This document shows, one piece after another, positions 28,176 through 38,269 of a stretch of DNA of 64,000 bases. Location of the stretch: assembly GCA_009992175.1 (NCBI GenBank), contig JAACWA010000010.1, forward strand, positions 16,864-80,863. The letters are read 5' to 3'. The DNA is from an archaeon (GTDB lineage: Archaea > Nanobdellota > Nanobdellia > Pacearchaeales > GW2011-AR1). Each line of letters begins with the position of its first letter. The stretch's first letter is position 1. Below the pieces are notes generated by a model that worked only from the letters and a program-made list of their open reading frames with translations, was not told the origin of the DNA and ran no database searches. Position numbers and translations under genes: made by a program.

Positions 28176-30248
28176 TTATAATTTTTGAACATATCCTCTT
28201 CGAGGTTTGAAAATTGTTCCCTCCTTTGCCAATTTTTCAATAGCATCTTCTATTTCTTCTGGGTTGACTTTTCCTTCAAGCTTTTCTTCAACTTTTTCAA
28301 TTGGAATGAGTTCTCCTAGTTCTTTAGCTAAAAGGGAGATTGTATCTCTTACTATAAAAATTTTATTTCGTGAACTTGATTTCATCTTTCCAGATATTTT
28401 GTCAATATCAATTTCCCCAGTTTCTTCATCAAACCCTACTTGCATTAAATAATATTTTAGGAGATTGATTGCAATTTCGGCATCTTCTTCTTCAACTTTT
28501 TCAGACATTCTCAATTTTGCCGTTGCTTCAGCCATTCTAATTAGGGAATTTAATTGTCTTGCTGAAATTGGGATGGTTCTCATTTCTTGTCCTTCTATCA
28601 TGGGTCTATTTCTAAGTCCTACATAGAAATCTTTCATTTTTTTAACCGCCTCATCAGTTAACTTAGGTTGAACTCTTTGTCTGGCATAAGCAATATATTT
28701 TCTAAATAAATTTTTATCAACTAACATCTCTTTGGCCTCTCTTTGATGTTCTTCTAGAATATGGTCTGCAACTTTAGTATCATTTCCTAAATTGGGAATA
28801 TCCCTCATTGTAAAAATAATATCAAACCGATTAATTAATGCTGGAGGCAAATTTATTTGTTGGGGAATTCCTTGGCTTGGGTCAAACCTTCCAAATTTTG
28901 GATTGGCTGCCGCAAGTACCGAAGTTTGAGCTCTAAGGGTAGCTTGGACGTTTGCTTTTGAGATTGTTACTGTTTGTTGCTCCATTGCTTCGTGCATCGC
29001 TGACTGGTCTGTAGGGTCCATTTTCTCAAGTTCATCAATTGCAACTAATCCTTTATTTGCAAGAACCATTGCTCCCGCTTCAAGAGACCAACCTTTCAAA
29101 TATTCATCTCTTACTACACTTGCAGTTAATCCTGCACCAGAAGTAGATTTTCCCACAACATATCTTCCTTTTGGAGAAATGTTTGCCATGAAATTCAAAA
29201 TTACAGATTTTGCAACTCCCGGGTCTCCAATCATCATGATATGGATATCTCCACGAGTTTTTTGTCCATCTGGTTTTTGTTTTTGAACCCCCCCAAAAAG
29301 TTGCAAAAGTAAAGATTCTTTTATTTCTTCATATCCCCAAACACTTGGAGCAATACTATCTCTTAATTTTTCTCTTACCTTTGGATCCGCTGCCAGTTCT
29401 TGAATTTGTTGTTCATCTTCTTCAGTAATATCTAATTCTTCAAAAGTTTCTTCCATTGGAATAATATTATTTACTTCAAGAGCAAGTTCAAAACGAGTGG
29501 ACATCCCTCCAGTTGACAATGGAACTGGAACTTCTTTTAGAATTCCAATAATTTTAACTCTTGAACCAGGAGTTGTCCTTTCTTCCATTTTTGGATCAAC
29601 TAAATCTTCTTTTACAAATACATTTATTCTTTTTGGCTGTTCTCCACCTTGAAGCATATCTGGAGCTTCTTCAACAATAAGTCTTTGGGTGTCAACCATT
29701 TCTTTACTCAAAAGTTTAAATCCTCCTCTTCTACCACAGGAACAACGACTTGGCTCACGAAATTTTTTTTCTATTTGTAAAACTGAAATTATTGTCCCAC
29801 AACTTGGACACTCAAACTTAGCATTAACTACTTGGGGTCTAACGTCTGAAGATTGACGAATTATTCCTTCTATCAAAATTAATTCATTTAGATGTTTTGA
29901 ACGAATATTTCTAACTAAAATTTCATCTGATTTTTGTAAGTTGAAAAGTCTCACTCTCACATTTTCAATTAAACCCATCTCTTCAATAGCAGTTTCAATA
30001 ATTCTAAGTGCTTCTTCGGGGTTTTTTATTAATTCTTCAGAAAGCATTGGAGACTCTTCGGCAATTTCCATAAAATCCACATAAACAACATTATTTTCAT
30101 CCCTTAAGGAAGATTTTAGTTCTTTTTTATATGAATCAATAAATCTTTTTGACTCCAAAATTAGTTCTTCTTGTTTTCCTGTTTGCTCAGGCCTTTTTTG
30201 TTCCAAAATCCCTTCTTCAGGCTCTTTGGTAAAATCAACTTCATCCAT
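28176..30248 (-). CDS. mcm: replicative helicase MCM
   Basis: GDPGVAKS, AGLTASV, LEAGAMVLA, IDELEKM, HEAMEQQ, AAANP, SARQL; no intein. Confidence 0.98.
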   Translation of the reverse strand: MDEVDFTKEPEEGILEQKRPEQTGKQEELILESKRFIDSYKKELKSSLRDENNVVYVDFMEIAEESPMLSEELIKNPEEALRIIETAIEEMGLIENVRVRLFNLQKSDEILVRNIRSKHLNELILIEGIIRQSSDVRPQVVNAKFECPSCGTIISVLQIEKKFREPSRCSCGRRGGFKLLSKEMVDTQRLIVEEAPDMLQGGEQPKRINVFVKEDLVDPKMEERTTPGSRVKIIGILKEVPVPLSTGGMSTRFELALEVNNIIPMEETFEELDITEEDEQQIQELAADPKVREKLRDSIAPSVWGYEEIKESLLLQLFGGVQKQKPDGQKTRGDIHIMMIGDPGVAKSVILNFMANISPKGRYVVGKSTSGAGLTASVVRDEYLKGWSLEAGAMVLANKGLVAIDELEKMDPTDQSAMHEAMEQQTVTISKANVQATLRAQTSVLAAANPKFGRFDPSQGIPQQINLPPALINRFDIIFTMRDIPNLGNDTKVADHILEEHQREAKEMLVDKNLFRKYIAYARQRVQPKLTDEAVKKMKDFYVGLRNRPMIEGQEMRTIPISARQLNSLIRMAEATAKLRMSEKVEEEDAEIAINLLKYYLMQVGFDEETGEIDIDKISGKMKSSSRNKIFIVRDTISLLAKELGELIPIEKVEEKLEGKVNPEEIEDAIEKLAKEGTIFKPRRGYVQKL

Positions 30249-30312
30249 ACAAAATTGATGAAAGTTTTCTTTATAAAAATAATTATGAACTAATGAGTGG
30301 TTTTAAAAGGAA

Positions 30313-30756
30313 TTATTGAACACACTGTGCTCCAGAGAAATTTTTTGAAGTTACAACTCCCCCTTTAGAAATTGTGAAATTTGCTTGGAATTGTCCTACC
30401 CTATCATTTCTACCATAGATTGAATCAATTATTACTTTTATTTGGAGACCTCCATCTGGATTGACCTTTTTTTCATTAAATTTTATTGAGTCTAATAAAT
30501 AGCTTGTTTCTGAAGAAAATTGTCTACAAGTGGGGCAAATGAATCCACTCCCCCCATTTTTTACAAATTCATTTGATTGATTTTCTGCAAATTCACAATA
30601 ATTTACAACACTTGGAAGAATTATGTTTTTTATTTCAATTTCACTTAAACTTTTATTTTTTTCTTCATTTAATTTGTTTATGCTTAAAATATAAATTGTA
30701 GCCACAATCAATAATAATACAAAAATAGAGACTGTCCAAAATAATTTTTTATTCAT
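30313..30756 (-). CDS. hypothetical secreted/membrane-anchored protein
   Basis: N-terminal TM, four Cys. Confidence 0.65.
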   Translation of the reverse strand: MNKKLFWTVSIFVLLLIVATIYILSINKLNEEKNKSLSEIEIKNIILPSVVNYCEFAENQSNEFVKNGGSGFICPTCRQFSSETSYLLDSIKFNEKKVNPDGGLQIKVIIDSIYGRNDRVGQFQANFTISKGGVVTSKNFSGAQCVQ

Positions 30757-31355
30757 TTTTTATAATCTTTTAAAATAACTTTTATATTTTTAAGAAGTTG
30801 AGTCATTGAGTCTTCAAGTTGTTGTTTATTTTTTGTTCCAGTACAAACAAGTTTCCCATTACTAAAAAGAAGGAAAGTAGCATTTGAGTCCTTAAGTTTG
30901 TAAACTAATCCTGGAAACTGTTCTGGTTCATATTCAGTGTTTTCCATTTCAAGAGCTAAATAGTTTAAATTAAGTTGGAGGTTTATTGTCCCAGAAGCAA
31001 CAATATTCTGGACTGTAATTTTTGGTTTTATAGTAATTTTTACATTTACCTTTTTAAGTTGTTTTATCACTTCATCAATTACTTTTCTTACTTGAGGAAG
31101 AGACTTTGTTCCAGTACAAACTAGATTTCCTGAAGAAAAAACTAAAACTGCTGATTTTGGTTCTTTAATTCTTAAAACTAATCCTGGAAAAGTTTCTGGA
31201 TTATATTCCGTATTAGGTTGAGTTCTTGCGAGTTTAGTTAATGGAACAGGTTTTTCTAAAGAAGTTGTTGCAACAATATTTTGAATTTTATATTCAGAAT
31301 CTTTTTTAGATTTAAGGCTTGATTTAGCTTTAGCGGCTGTTTTCTTCGCAGTCAT
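30753..31355 (-). CDS. tbp: TATA-box binding protein
   Basis: Two repeats of IQNIVA...EY.PE.FPGLV...FS.G.LVCTG.K. Confidence 0.98.
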   Translation of the reverse strand: MTAKKTAAKAKSSLKSKKDSEYKIQNIVATTSLEKPVPLTKLARTQPNTEYNPETFPGLVLRIKEPKSAVLVFSSGNLVCTGTKSLPQVRKVIDEVIKQLKKVNVKITIKPKITVQNIVASGTINLQLNLNYLALEMENTEYEPEQFPGLVYKLKDSNATFLLFSNGKLVCTGTKNKQQLEDSMTQLLKNIKVILKDYKK

Positions 31356-31397
31356 CCTTTTTAAAGAAAAAAGGGGTTTATAAAGGTTTTTGGTTCT

Positions 31398-32486
31398 TTA
31401 GTTTTCTTTCTCAAAATTTCTTTTTACATATTCAAGAAGTTCTCTCCCCTGTATCCGTGAGGTTGAGGGTCCAGTCCGAATATAAAATTCTTCCTCTTTT
31501 TCATCTTTTAAAAAAATTGGTTTTTTTGATTTTTTGCATTCTATTTTTATAATTTCTTTTCCTTTAAATTTTATTACTTTTATTGAAATTAAATGCGAAT
31601 TTTCTTTTCCAATTTTTTGTTTTATTAAGTTTGATAGATGAAGTTGCATTTTATCTGAATTTTCAAAATTATCTTTTTCTATTCCTAAAATTTTTCCTTT
31701 GTCATCAACACCAATGATTAAGGTTCCTCCATCAGAATTTAAAAAAGCACAAAGAGTTTTCAAATTAGAATGTTCTATTTTTTTATCAAATTCATTTGTA
31801 TGGAGGTTTATTCTTAATCCAGATTTAAATTCTAAAATTTCACCCTCTCCCTTTTTGATTAATTCAATTAATTCTTGGGGAGATTCATTTTTTTTGAAAA
31901 TTTCTTTATTTGCGGATTTAAACTTCTTTAGAGCTTCTCCAATAAATTTAAGATGTGTTTTTAGGTAAAGAAATCCTATTCCAGAAGCAATTGCTGCTCC
32001 AAGTAAAACATAAGTTAAGTTATTCATAGTGTAAATATAAATTCCTCCATCTAAACTTTGATTTAAAATTATTTTAATATAATATTTTATTAATTCAAGT
32101 CCAACTCCAAATGCAATTGCAAAATTAAATGAGAACAAAACAATTAATGGATAATTTTTTTTGATTTTATTTGTTGAATAAAGAATAAAAAGTATGAGAA
32201 GTCCAATCATTCCGGTTCCAATTCCAAAAAGTATTGGTGCAAAGATCCCCTTTATTTGCCCTAAGAAAAGGGTAACCACAATAAAAATTAGAAGAAGAAT
32301 TTCAAACTCTTTTGGAAATTTAAGGTTATAAGATTTTTTTAGTATTTGAGGAGAAAAAACTAATACTAAAAGAAAAATATTTGTAGACATAATGTGCCAG
32401 AGTCCAAAATAAGCTGAATTTAAAATTGACAAAATAAGAATTAATTTTATTGAAAAGGAAAGATAATCCTCTATTTTAAAAACCAT
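31398..32486 (-). CDS. multi-TM protein fused to Schlafen/AlbA_2 domain
   Basis: ~6 TM helices, then GEGEILEFKS, CAFLNSDGGTLIIGVDD, FYIRTGPST. Confidence 0.85.
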   Translation of the reverse strand: MVFKIEDYLSFSIKLILILSILNSAYFGLWHIMSTNIFLLVLVFSPQILKKSYNLKFPKEFEILLLIFIVVTLFLGQIKGIFAPILFGIGTGMIGLLILFILYSTNKIKKNYPLIVLFSFNFAIAFGVGLELIKYYIKIILNQSLDGGIYIYTMNNLTYVLLGAAIASGIGFLYLKTHLKFIGEALKKFKSANKEIFKKNESPQELIELIKKGEGEILEFKSGLRINLHTNEFDKKIEHSNLKTLCAFLNSDGGTLIIGVDDKGKILGIEKDNFENSDKMQLHLSNLIKQKIGKENSHLISIKVIKFKGKEIIKIECKKSKKPIFLKDEKEEEFYIRTGPSTSRIQGRELLEYVKRNFEKEN

Positions 32487-32518
32487 TTAAAAAAGAAGTT
32501 TTTAAAGTTTATAGATTT

Positions 32519-32942
32519 TTAGGATTCTGCTTCGATTTCCCATAATTTTAATTGGTCAAATTTAAAAAGAGTTTCTTTAGTAAATTCATATCTTATTTCA
32601 TCATGGGATATTTTTTTTGAATTTAAGAATGTTCTATAATCTTTTATCAATTTGGGCATGTTTTCTTTTTTTAGAGAGGGATATAAAACTTTGTGCGGAT
32701 AAATAGTCTGGAACAAATTTTTCTTCCTTGTCAACATCAATTATTTTTACTATCTCGGTATGCGGGAGGTACAAAAGACTTTTCCCCTTCAGGTATTCTT
32801 TAGCAAATGGCCAAAAAATTTCATTTACTTCTTTTTCAGTATTTTGATAATAAACTATAAATCTTCTTGAATAATCTTTGGTTATTTCATCCTCCAAATT
32901 AACTATAAATCTATTTCTTTTCACAGGAATTTCCCTTGACAT
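32519..32942 (-). pseudogene. frameshifted hypothetical protein
   Basis: Two overlapping ORFs join (...SLSKK/ENMPKL...) if the A7 tract at 32666-32672 were A6 or A9. Confidence 0.55.
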
Positions 32943-32982
32943 CAAGTTTTCAGTAGAAAAGCTTTTTTAAAAATTATTGCTC

Positions 32983-34689
32983 TCAACCATACTTATAATT
33001 CTTAGCTCTTTGGTTTATGAATTCTTTTTCTATTTCTTCTAGGTTAGCAATATCATGAGTTCCTCTGTCCTCTCTTAAAGTTGTTATCCTAGGAAAACGC
33101 AAGGCCCAACCAGATTCGTAATTTGGAGATCTCTGAATATCTTGATAATGTACTGTTACAACAATTTTTGGTTTTATTTTTATTCCGTTTTTATCTTCTT
33201 TTATAATTAGGGGTTTTAATTTAGCATTTAATTCATTAAAACCAACTCCTTCTTTTGATTTTTCTTTAATTCCCGTTCCAACTTTTCCAATTTCTAAAAA
33301 TTTATCTCCCTCTTTACAGGAAAGGATAAAACTTGAAATCCATCCAGAACGTTTTCCAGTTCCCCATTCTCCCCCGGTAATAACCAAATCAAGTTCATTT
33401 TCTTCTGGTTTAAGTTTTAACATGTTTCCAACCCTCCTCCCTGGTTTGTATGGTGCTTCGAGATTTTTAAACATAATTCCTTCTTGGTTGTCTTTCAAGG
33501 CTTTTTTATAAAATTCTTTCACTTCTTTTTCATTAGAGGTAATTTTCATTTTTGAATAAATTAATTTATATGGATGAGGTGTTACAATTTTTCTTATTAA
33601 TTCTGCTCTTTTTTTGAAAGGAGTTTCAAGTTCATTTTTTCCATTGTAATACAAAACGTCAAAAACATTTACTTCAACGGGGAGTTTTTCTGAAATTTGT
33701 TTTATATTATATTTTCTTCTTATTCTTTGAGAAATTGCTTGAAAGTCCGTATATCTTTTAGTTTCTTTGTCATATCCAACTGCTTCTGAATCCAAAATAA
33801 AAGATTCTCCTTTAACAAATTCTTTTATGTAGTTAATTACTTCTGGAAATTGTTTTGTAACGTTTTCTAAACTTCTTGTGAAAAGAGTAACTATGTTTCC
33901 TTTTTTATGAATAAGAAGTCTGAATCCATCATATTTGTATTCTATAGCAAGGGGAGTTCCCAAGTGTTTGAAAGCATCTTCAATATTCTCTGCTTTTTGT
34001 GCAAGCATTGCTTTTATAGGTTTTCCAACTTGAAGTTGTATCTTTTCTAAATCTTCTATTTTTCCCCTCTTCGCAAATTCAAAAACTTCTTTTAGGTCAT
34101 TTGACCTATCTATTGCTCTTTGGAGGTCTTCCTCATATTCTTTATTATTTTTAAAAAAGGCTTTGAGAATTGCATATTTTATTGTTGATTCTTGAACACC
34201 TATTCTTAAGTCCCCAATTAAAATTCTTATTAAATAAAGTGACTCAGTAGGATTGGACGAAGTTAAAAGTTCGGTAATTAATGCTATCTTTTTTTCTACT
34301 GTTCCTTTTCCAATTAATTCAGGTAATTTTCTTAAGTTATCAATTACTTTCTTTGTTGTTAAAAGGTGACTTGCAAGGGTAGTTTGTTTTTTTTCATTTG
34401 TTAATTTTTTTGCAACTTCTCCAATGTCCCCAATTTTTTTCCAGAGAGCAGTAACTTTTTTTGAATCAGTTCCAACTGCTTTTGAAATTGCTTTTATTGC
34501 AATTTGATTTGAAATTCCAATTTTTCTTTCATCATATGCAGGATAGATATCTCCTTGGATAAGATAAAGAATATCAGAGTCTTCAGTAGAAATATTTTCA
34601 AAAAATTTAGCTAAAATCTCAACTTTTTCTAACCTTTTTGTAGTTTGAGAAAGTTTTTCATAACAATTGCTAAGTTTTTCAAACCTCAT
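32983..34689 (-). CDS. lig: ATP-dependent DNA ligase
   Basis: EYKYDGFR, EGIMFK, DLVI.G, ALRFPR. Confidence 0.97.
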   Translation of the reverse strand: MRFEKLSNCYEKLSQTTKRLEKVEILAKFFENISTEDSDILYLIQGDIYPAYDERKIGISNQIAIKAISKAVGTDSKKVTALWKKIGDIGEVAKKLTNEKKQTTLASHLLTTKKVIDNLRKLPELIGKGTVEKKIALITELLTSSNPTESLYLIRILIGDLRIGVQESTIKYAILKAFFKNNKEYEEDLQRAIDRSNDLKEVFEFAKRGKIEDLEKIQLQVGKPIKAMLAQKAENIEDAFKHLGTPLAIEYKYDGFRLLIHKKGNIVTLFTRSLENVTKQFPEVINYIKEFVKGESFILDSEAVGYDKETKRYTDFQAISQRIRRKYNIKQISEKLPVEVNVFDVLYYNGKNELETPFKKRAELIRKIVTPHPYKLIYSKMKITSNEKEVKEFYKKALKDNQEGIMFKNLEAPYKPGRRVGNMLKLKPEENELDLVITGGEWGTGKRSGWISSFILSCKEGDKFLEIGKVGTGIKEKSKEGVGFNELNAKLKPLIIKEDKNGIKIKPKIVVTVHYQDIQRSPNYESGWALRFPRITTLREDRGTHDIANLEEIEKEFINQRAKNYKYG

Positions 34690-34727
34690 TTATTTTACAG
34701 GAAAAAAGAGTTTTTAATGTTTGGGAT

Positions 34728-35339
34728 TTATTTTATCGCTTCAGAAAAAAGTTCATTAACTTTGTTCCAGTTTATTACTTTAAAGAAATTTTCAATATAT
34801 TCAGGTCTTTTATTTTGATATTTTAAGTAGTAAGCATGTTCCCAAACATCAATTCCAATTAAAGGAGTTAAATTAAATGAGATTGGAGAGTCTTGATTTT
34901 TTGAATGAAACACTTCAATTTCCTTTTTTTCTTTATTGTAAACTAACCAGGTCCAACCACTTCCAAATACTGTTGCTGCAGCTTCTGAAAAAATCTTTTT
35001 AAATTCTTCAAAAGAACCAAATTTTTTATTTATCTCATTCAAAATTTCTCCAGTTGGTTCAACATCTTTTTTTAAAATTTGCCAGAAAAAGTTGTGATTA
35101 TATACTCCTCCACCATTGTTTATTACAGCTGTTTTTATTATTTCTGGAATTGAATTTAAATTACTAAGGAGTTCTTCAACTGGTTTTTCTTGAAGTTCGG
35201 GATTTTTTTCTAAAGCAGTGTTAAGTTTGTTAACATACCCTTGATGATGTTTTGAATAATGAATCTCCATAGTTTCTTTGTCTATGTAAGGTTCAAGAAC
35301 ATCATATTCATATCCGAGAGGTTTTAATTCATGTGTCAT
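34728..35339 (-). CDS. sod: Fe/Mn superoxide dismutase
   Basis: HYSKHHQGY, NNGGGVYNHNFFW, FGSGW, DVWEHAYY. Confidence 0.97.
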   Translation of the reverse strand: MTHELKPLGYEYDVLEPYIDKETMEIHYSKHHQGYVNKLNTALEKNPELQEKPVEELLSNLNSIPEIIKTAVINNGGGVYNHNFFWQILKKDVEPTGEILNEINKKFGSFEEFKKIFSEAAATVFGSGWTWLVYNKEKKEIEVFHSKNQDSPISFNLTPLIGIDVWEHAYYLKYQNKRPEYIENFFKVINWNKVNELFSEAIK

Positions 35340-35416
35340 TTTAGTAGATATATGAAAAATGTTTCATGCGTTTAAATAATTTACGGTGAAAAGTTTTAAG
35401 AGAGAATGGAATTTCA

Positions 35417-36022
35417 TTACAACTTATTTTTCTTTCTAACCCCATCGTTTCGAGATTTTCTTCTCATTCCAGCACCAACGCTTGGCCTTACATTTGAAGT
35501 TGGACTTTTATTTCGAAGTCCACGAGATTTTTTACCTGCAGAAGTTAATCCTCTTTCAGGTCTATTTTGATTTTTAGGTTTTGTAATCCAATTAATATTT
35601 TTGTCAGATTTAATTTCAGATTTAGTTGGGTCAACGCAAATCACTTCATAGAAATAATTCATTCCATCTTTTCCAATTTCATATGAATTTAACACTTCTA
35701 AATTAACATATTTTTTTGATACTCTTTGTTCAGCTATCCATTTATAACTCATTTTTAGATTTTTTCTAGTATGAAGTCTTTTACCTCTTCTTCCTTTGTT
35801 TGGCCTAGGTCTTTTGTGGCCCCCTCTTTTAACTTTTACTCTAATTACTACAAAACCTTTCTTATCTTTATAACCAAGACTTCTTGCTCGGTCTAACCTT
35901 AAAGGTTTTTCAACTTTAGTAAAAACATTTCCAGCTCTCCAGGTGGTCATCCTATCTCTAAGAGTTTTAGCATCAGGTTTTTTCCAAGCTTGCTTTATAT
36001 AATAATATAATCCATGTACCAT
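35417..36022 (-). CDS. rpl15e: 50S ribosomal protein L15e
   Basis: RLDRARSLGYK, NLEVLNSY, RGLTSAGKKSRGL. Confidence 0.97.
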   Translation of the reverse strand: MVHGLYYYIKQAWKKPDAKTLRDRMTTWRAGNVFTKVEKPLRLDRARSLGYKDKKGFVVIRVKVKRGGHKRPRPNKGRRGKRLHTRKNLKMSYKWIAEQRVSKKYVNLEVLNSYEIGKDGMNYFYEVICVDPTKSEIKSDKNINWITKPKNQNRPERGLTSAGKKSRGLRNKSPTSNVRPSVGAGMRRKSRNDGVRKKNKL

Positions 36023-36077
36023 GAATTTAAAGAGAAATATGCGGTTTAAAAAGGTTTGGAAAAATAATCTTCAAAAA

Positions 36078-36183
36078 TGATCCTGCACGGATTTGAACCG
36101 TGGACCTCGGCCTATCTAATGACTACTTTTTTTAACAAGTTTCAATATCAGAGCCGCGCTCTACCAGGCTGAGCTACAGGATC
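36078..36183 (-). tRNA. tRNA-Ile(GAT) with 32-nt intron at 37/38 (36114-36145)
   Basis: GATCCTG/CAGGATC acceptor, CGGCT-CTGATA|intron|A-GGCCG; bulge-helix-bulge CTGA/TTAG with 3-nt bulges. Confidence 0.93.
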
Positions 36184-36209
36184 ACAATAAATCTAAATAA
36201 TTAAGGCTT

Positions 36210-36874
36210 TTATAAGTTTTGCGAATTAACAAATCTTTGGTATTTTTCAATATGCTTTGGATTTTTTGGTTTTATTTCTTTCATAAATTTATGAAACATT
36301 TCTTTTCCTCTTATTGTTAGAATATAACTTCTTTTTCTTTTGAATTTTTTGTCATATAATTGTGAATATTTTGTCGAATGAAGTTCAAATTCACTAAAAA
36401 TTTCCATTATTTGTTCAGATAAATTTTCACAAATTGTTGTAATATAAATTCTTGGATATAATTTTCCATTTTTCTTTTCAAGATAAATTCCTCCATCAGT
36501 ATCAAAAATTTCACGAATTATACATCTTTTTAGATTTTTATTTTTCAAGAATATTTTGGGTATTTCTATTTGATATTTCTTTCCAGTGCATAAACCCAGC
36601 TTTTTTTTGAAATTAACTAATTCATCATTCCATATTTGAAATCCAACAACTCTTGTGGAAGGCATATCTCTTATACTAATCTTAATATCAAATAATTTTT
36701 CAAAGAGGGGTTTTATTCTTTTTTCATAGTGGGTTTTATCATCTTCAATATGCCCTCTAAGTTGATATAATCCTCTCATTTTTCTTTATTTTTATAAAAA
36801 TTCATGCTTCCATCCCCAATGTGCCAGCCCGTTTCTTCAGCAAGTTCACATGAAATTTTTGAAGGAATTTTCAT
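36210..36874 (-). pseudogene. free-standing LAGLIDADG (intein-type DOD) endonuclease-like gene, frameshifted
   Basis: ATG 36874: ELAEETGWHIGDGSM (motif 1) is 1 nt out of frame (around A5 36779-36783) with ORF 36210-36779 carrying REIFDTDGGI (motif 2). Confidence 0.8.
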
Positions 36875-36943
36875 ATCAAAATAATGCTCTAAAAGTTTAT
36901 AAAATTTGTTAATTTAAAAATTATTGAGATTTTTCAATTATTA

Positions 36944-37475
36944 TTACTTCTCTGAGAGAAATTTCCTCTTTTTTAAAGGTAATTTGAAATTATTTTTTTT
37001 GTTAATTTTATTGTTTACCCAAATTTTAATTGAAACAATTAATTTTTTTATGAAATTCATATTTTCCCAATCAACATTCAACCATCTTTTATCAAAATCT
37101 TCAATTTTCATTTTTCCAACTTTATTTAATTGAGGGTCTGTGATAAAAATATAATTTTTATTAATACCTTTAATAACAGAATAATGGCTCCATCCTTCTG
37201 GAGTAAACCACCCCACAATTGGAGGAATTTTCTTTGAAATCAATTTTCTAATTTCATTAATTGAAGAGTTTTTTTTATTTTTGAATTATATCCTAATTTT
37301 TTGGAAACAAGAACCATATTTTTATTGGTGGTTCCGAGTAGTAGGCTCGAATTAAGTAATAATTTTAATTCATCTTGGTTTTTTTCTTTGCCATAAAATT
37401 TCAAGACATCTCTAAAGAAGCAGGTCCACACATGTGATTTTTTTGTTTAATTGGTTTAATCTTTCTTAAAATCAT
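36944..37475 (-). pseudogene. C39-like cysteine peptidase pseudogene
   Basis: KQKNHMCGPASLEM (Q,C), HYSVI (H), ITDP; 1-nt deficits at ~37407 and in A8 37269-37276. Confidence 0.8.
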
Positions 37476-37512
37476 TTTTTTAAAAGGAATTTAATTTTTA
37501 TAATTGAATGGA

Positions 37513-38148
37513 TTAATTAATCGCATCAAGCTCAAGGGTCAAAATTCCTTTTACAAGAGAGTACTTTTTAAGAGGAAGATCAATTGGGATTCTTTTTAAG
37601 TATCCTGCTTTATCTGAAACTGCTTTTATTTCAAGGCTATTTTCAAGTTTGATTATTGAAATATCCTTAATTGATTTGACTCCAGGAATTTCCACCTCAT
37701 ATTCAATCTTATCTTCAACCCTTTTAAGTTTAGATTTTGGTTCTTTCTTTTTTACTTTTTTCCATTTTTTTAGATTTTCATCTGAAAACTCTATTGGAAG
37801 AAATTTTAAATTTGGATCCTTTTTTTGGGCATTTTTTTGAGCTTCTTGTGGAAGAATTTCTTTTCCATTTATCATCAATTTCATTTTAGTTTGGGGGGTC
37901 TTTTGATTGCCTTTAAATCCTTTTTGTATTTCTTTTTCAAGCATCTTAAATGTACTGGAAATCATTTTATTTATGATTTTATCCCCAAATCCTTCTATGA
38001 TTCCAGGTTTTTTATTAATGGAATCATCTCTTCCAAGTAGGCCCCATGTCTCATTATAATTTTTTAATTGGCTTCCACAATTAGGGCAGAAGTTCTGTTT
38101 TCTTTTTACAGTTTCTTTACATACTTTACACTTTTTTTTGTTTAACAT
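37513..38148 (-). CDS. zinc-ribbon protein with C-terminal Hsp20/alpha-crystallin-like domain
   Basis: CKVC...FCPNCG; EVEIPGV, SLEIKA, KGILTLEL. Confidence 0.75.
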   Translation of the reverse strand: MLNKKKCKVCKETVKRKQNFCPNCGSQLKNYNETWGLLGRDDSINKKPGIIEGFGDKIINKMISSTFKMLEKEIQKGFKGNQKTPQTKMKLMINGKEILPQEAQKNAQKKDPNLKFLPIEFSDENLKKWKKVKKKEPKSKLKRVEDKIEYEVEIPGVKSIKDISIIKLENSLEIKAVSDKAGYLKRIPIDLPLKKYSLVKGILTLELDAIN

Positions 38149-38269
38149 ATTTTAATTAAGAATTCCCTTTTTAAATTATTTACCCTTTTCAAATGAGGAG
38201 CATTTTAAAGCTTTATGGACTTGAATTCAAAATGGCAGGTTTTTTATATATAATTCTTTTCTTTTTCTA

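Noticed and set aside
28176..30248. Inteins in MCM, topA or ligase
   Set aside because: Lengths and motif continuity leave no room for insertions.
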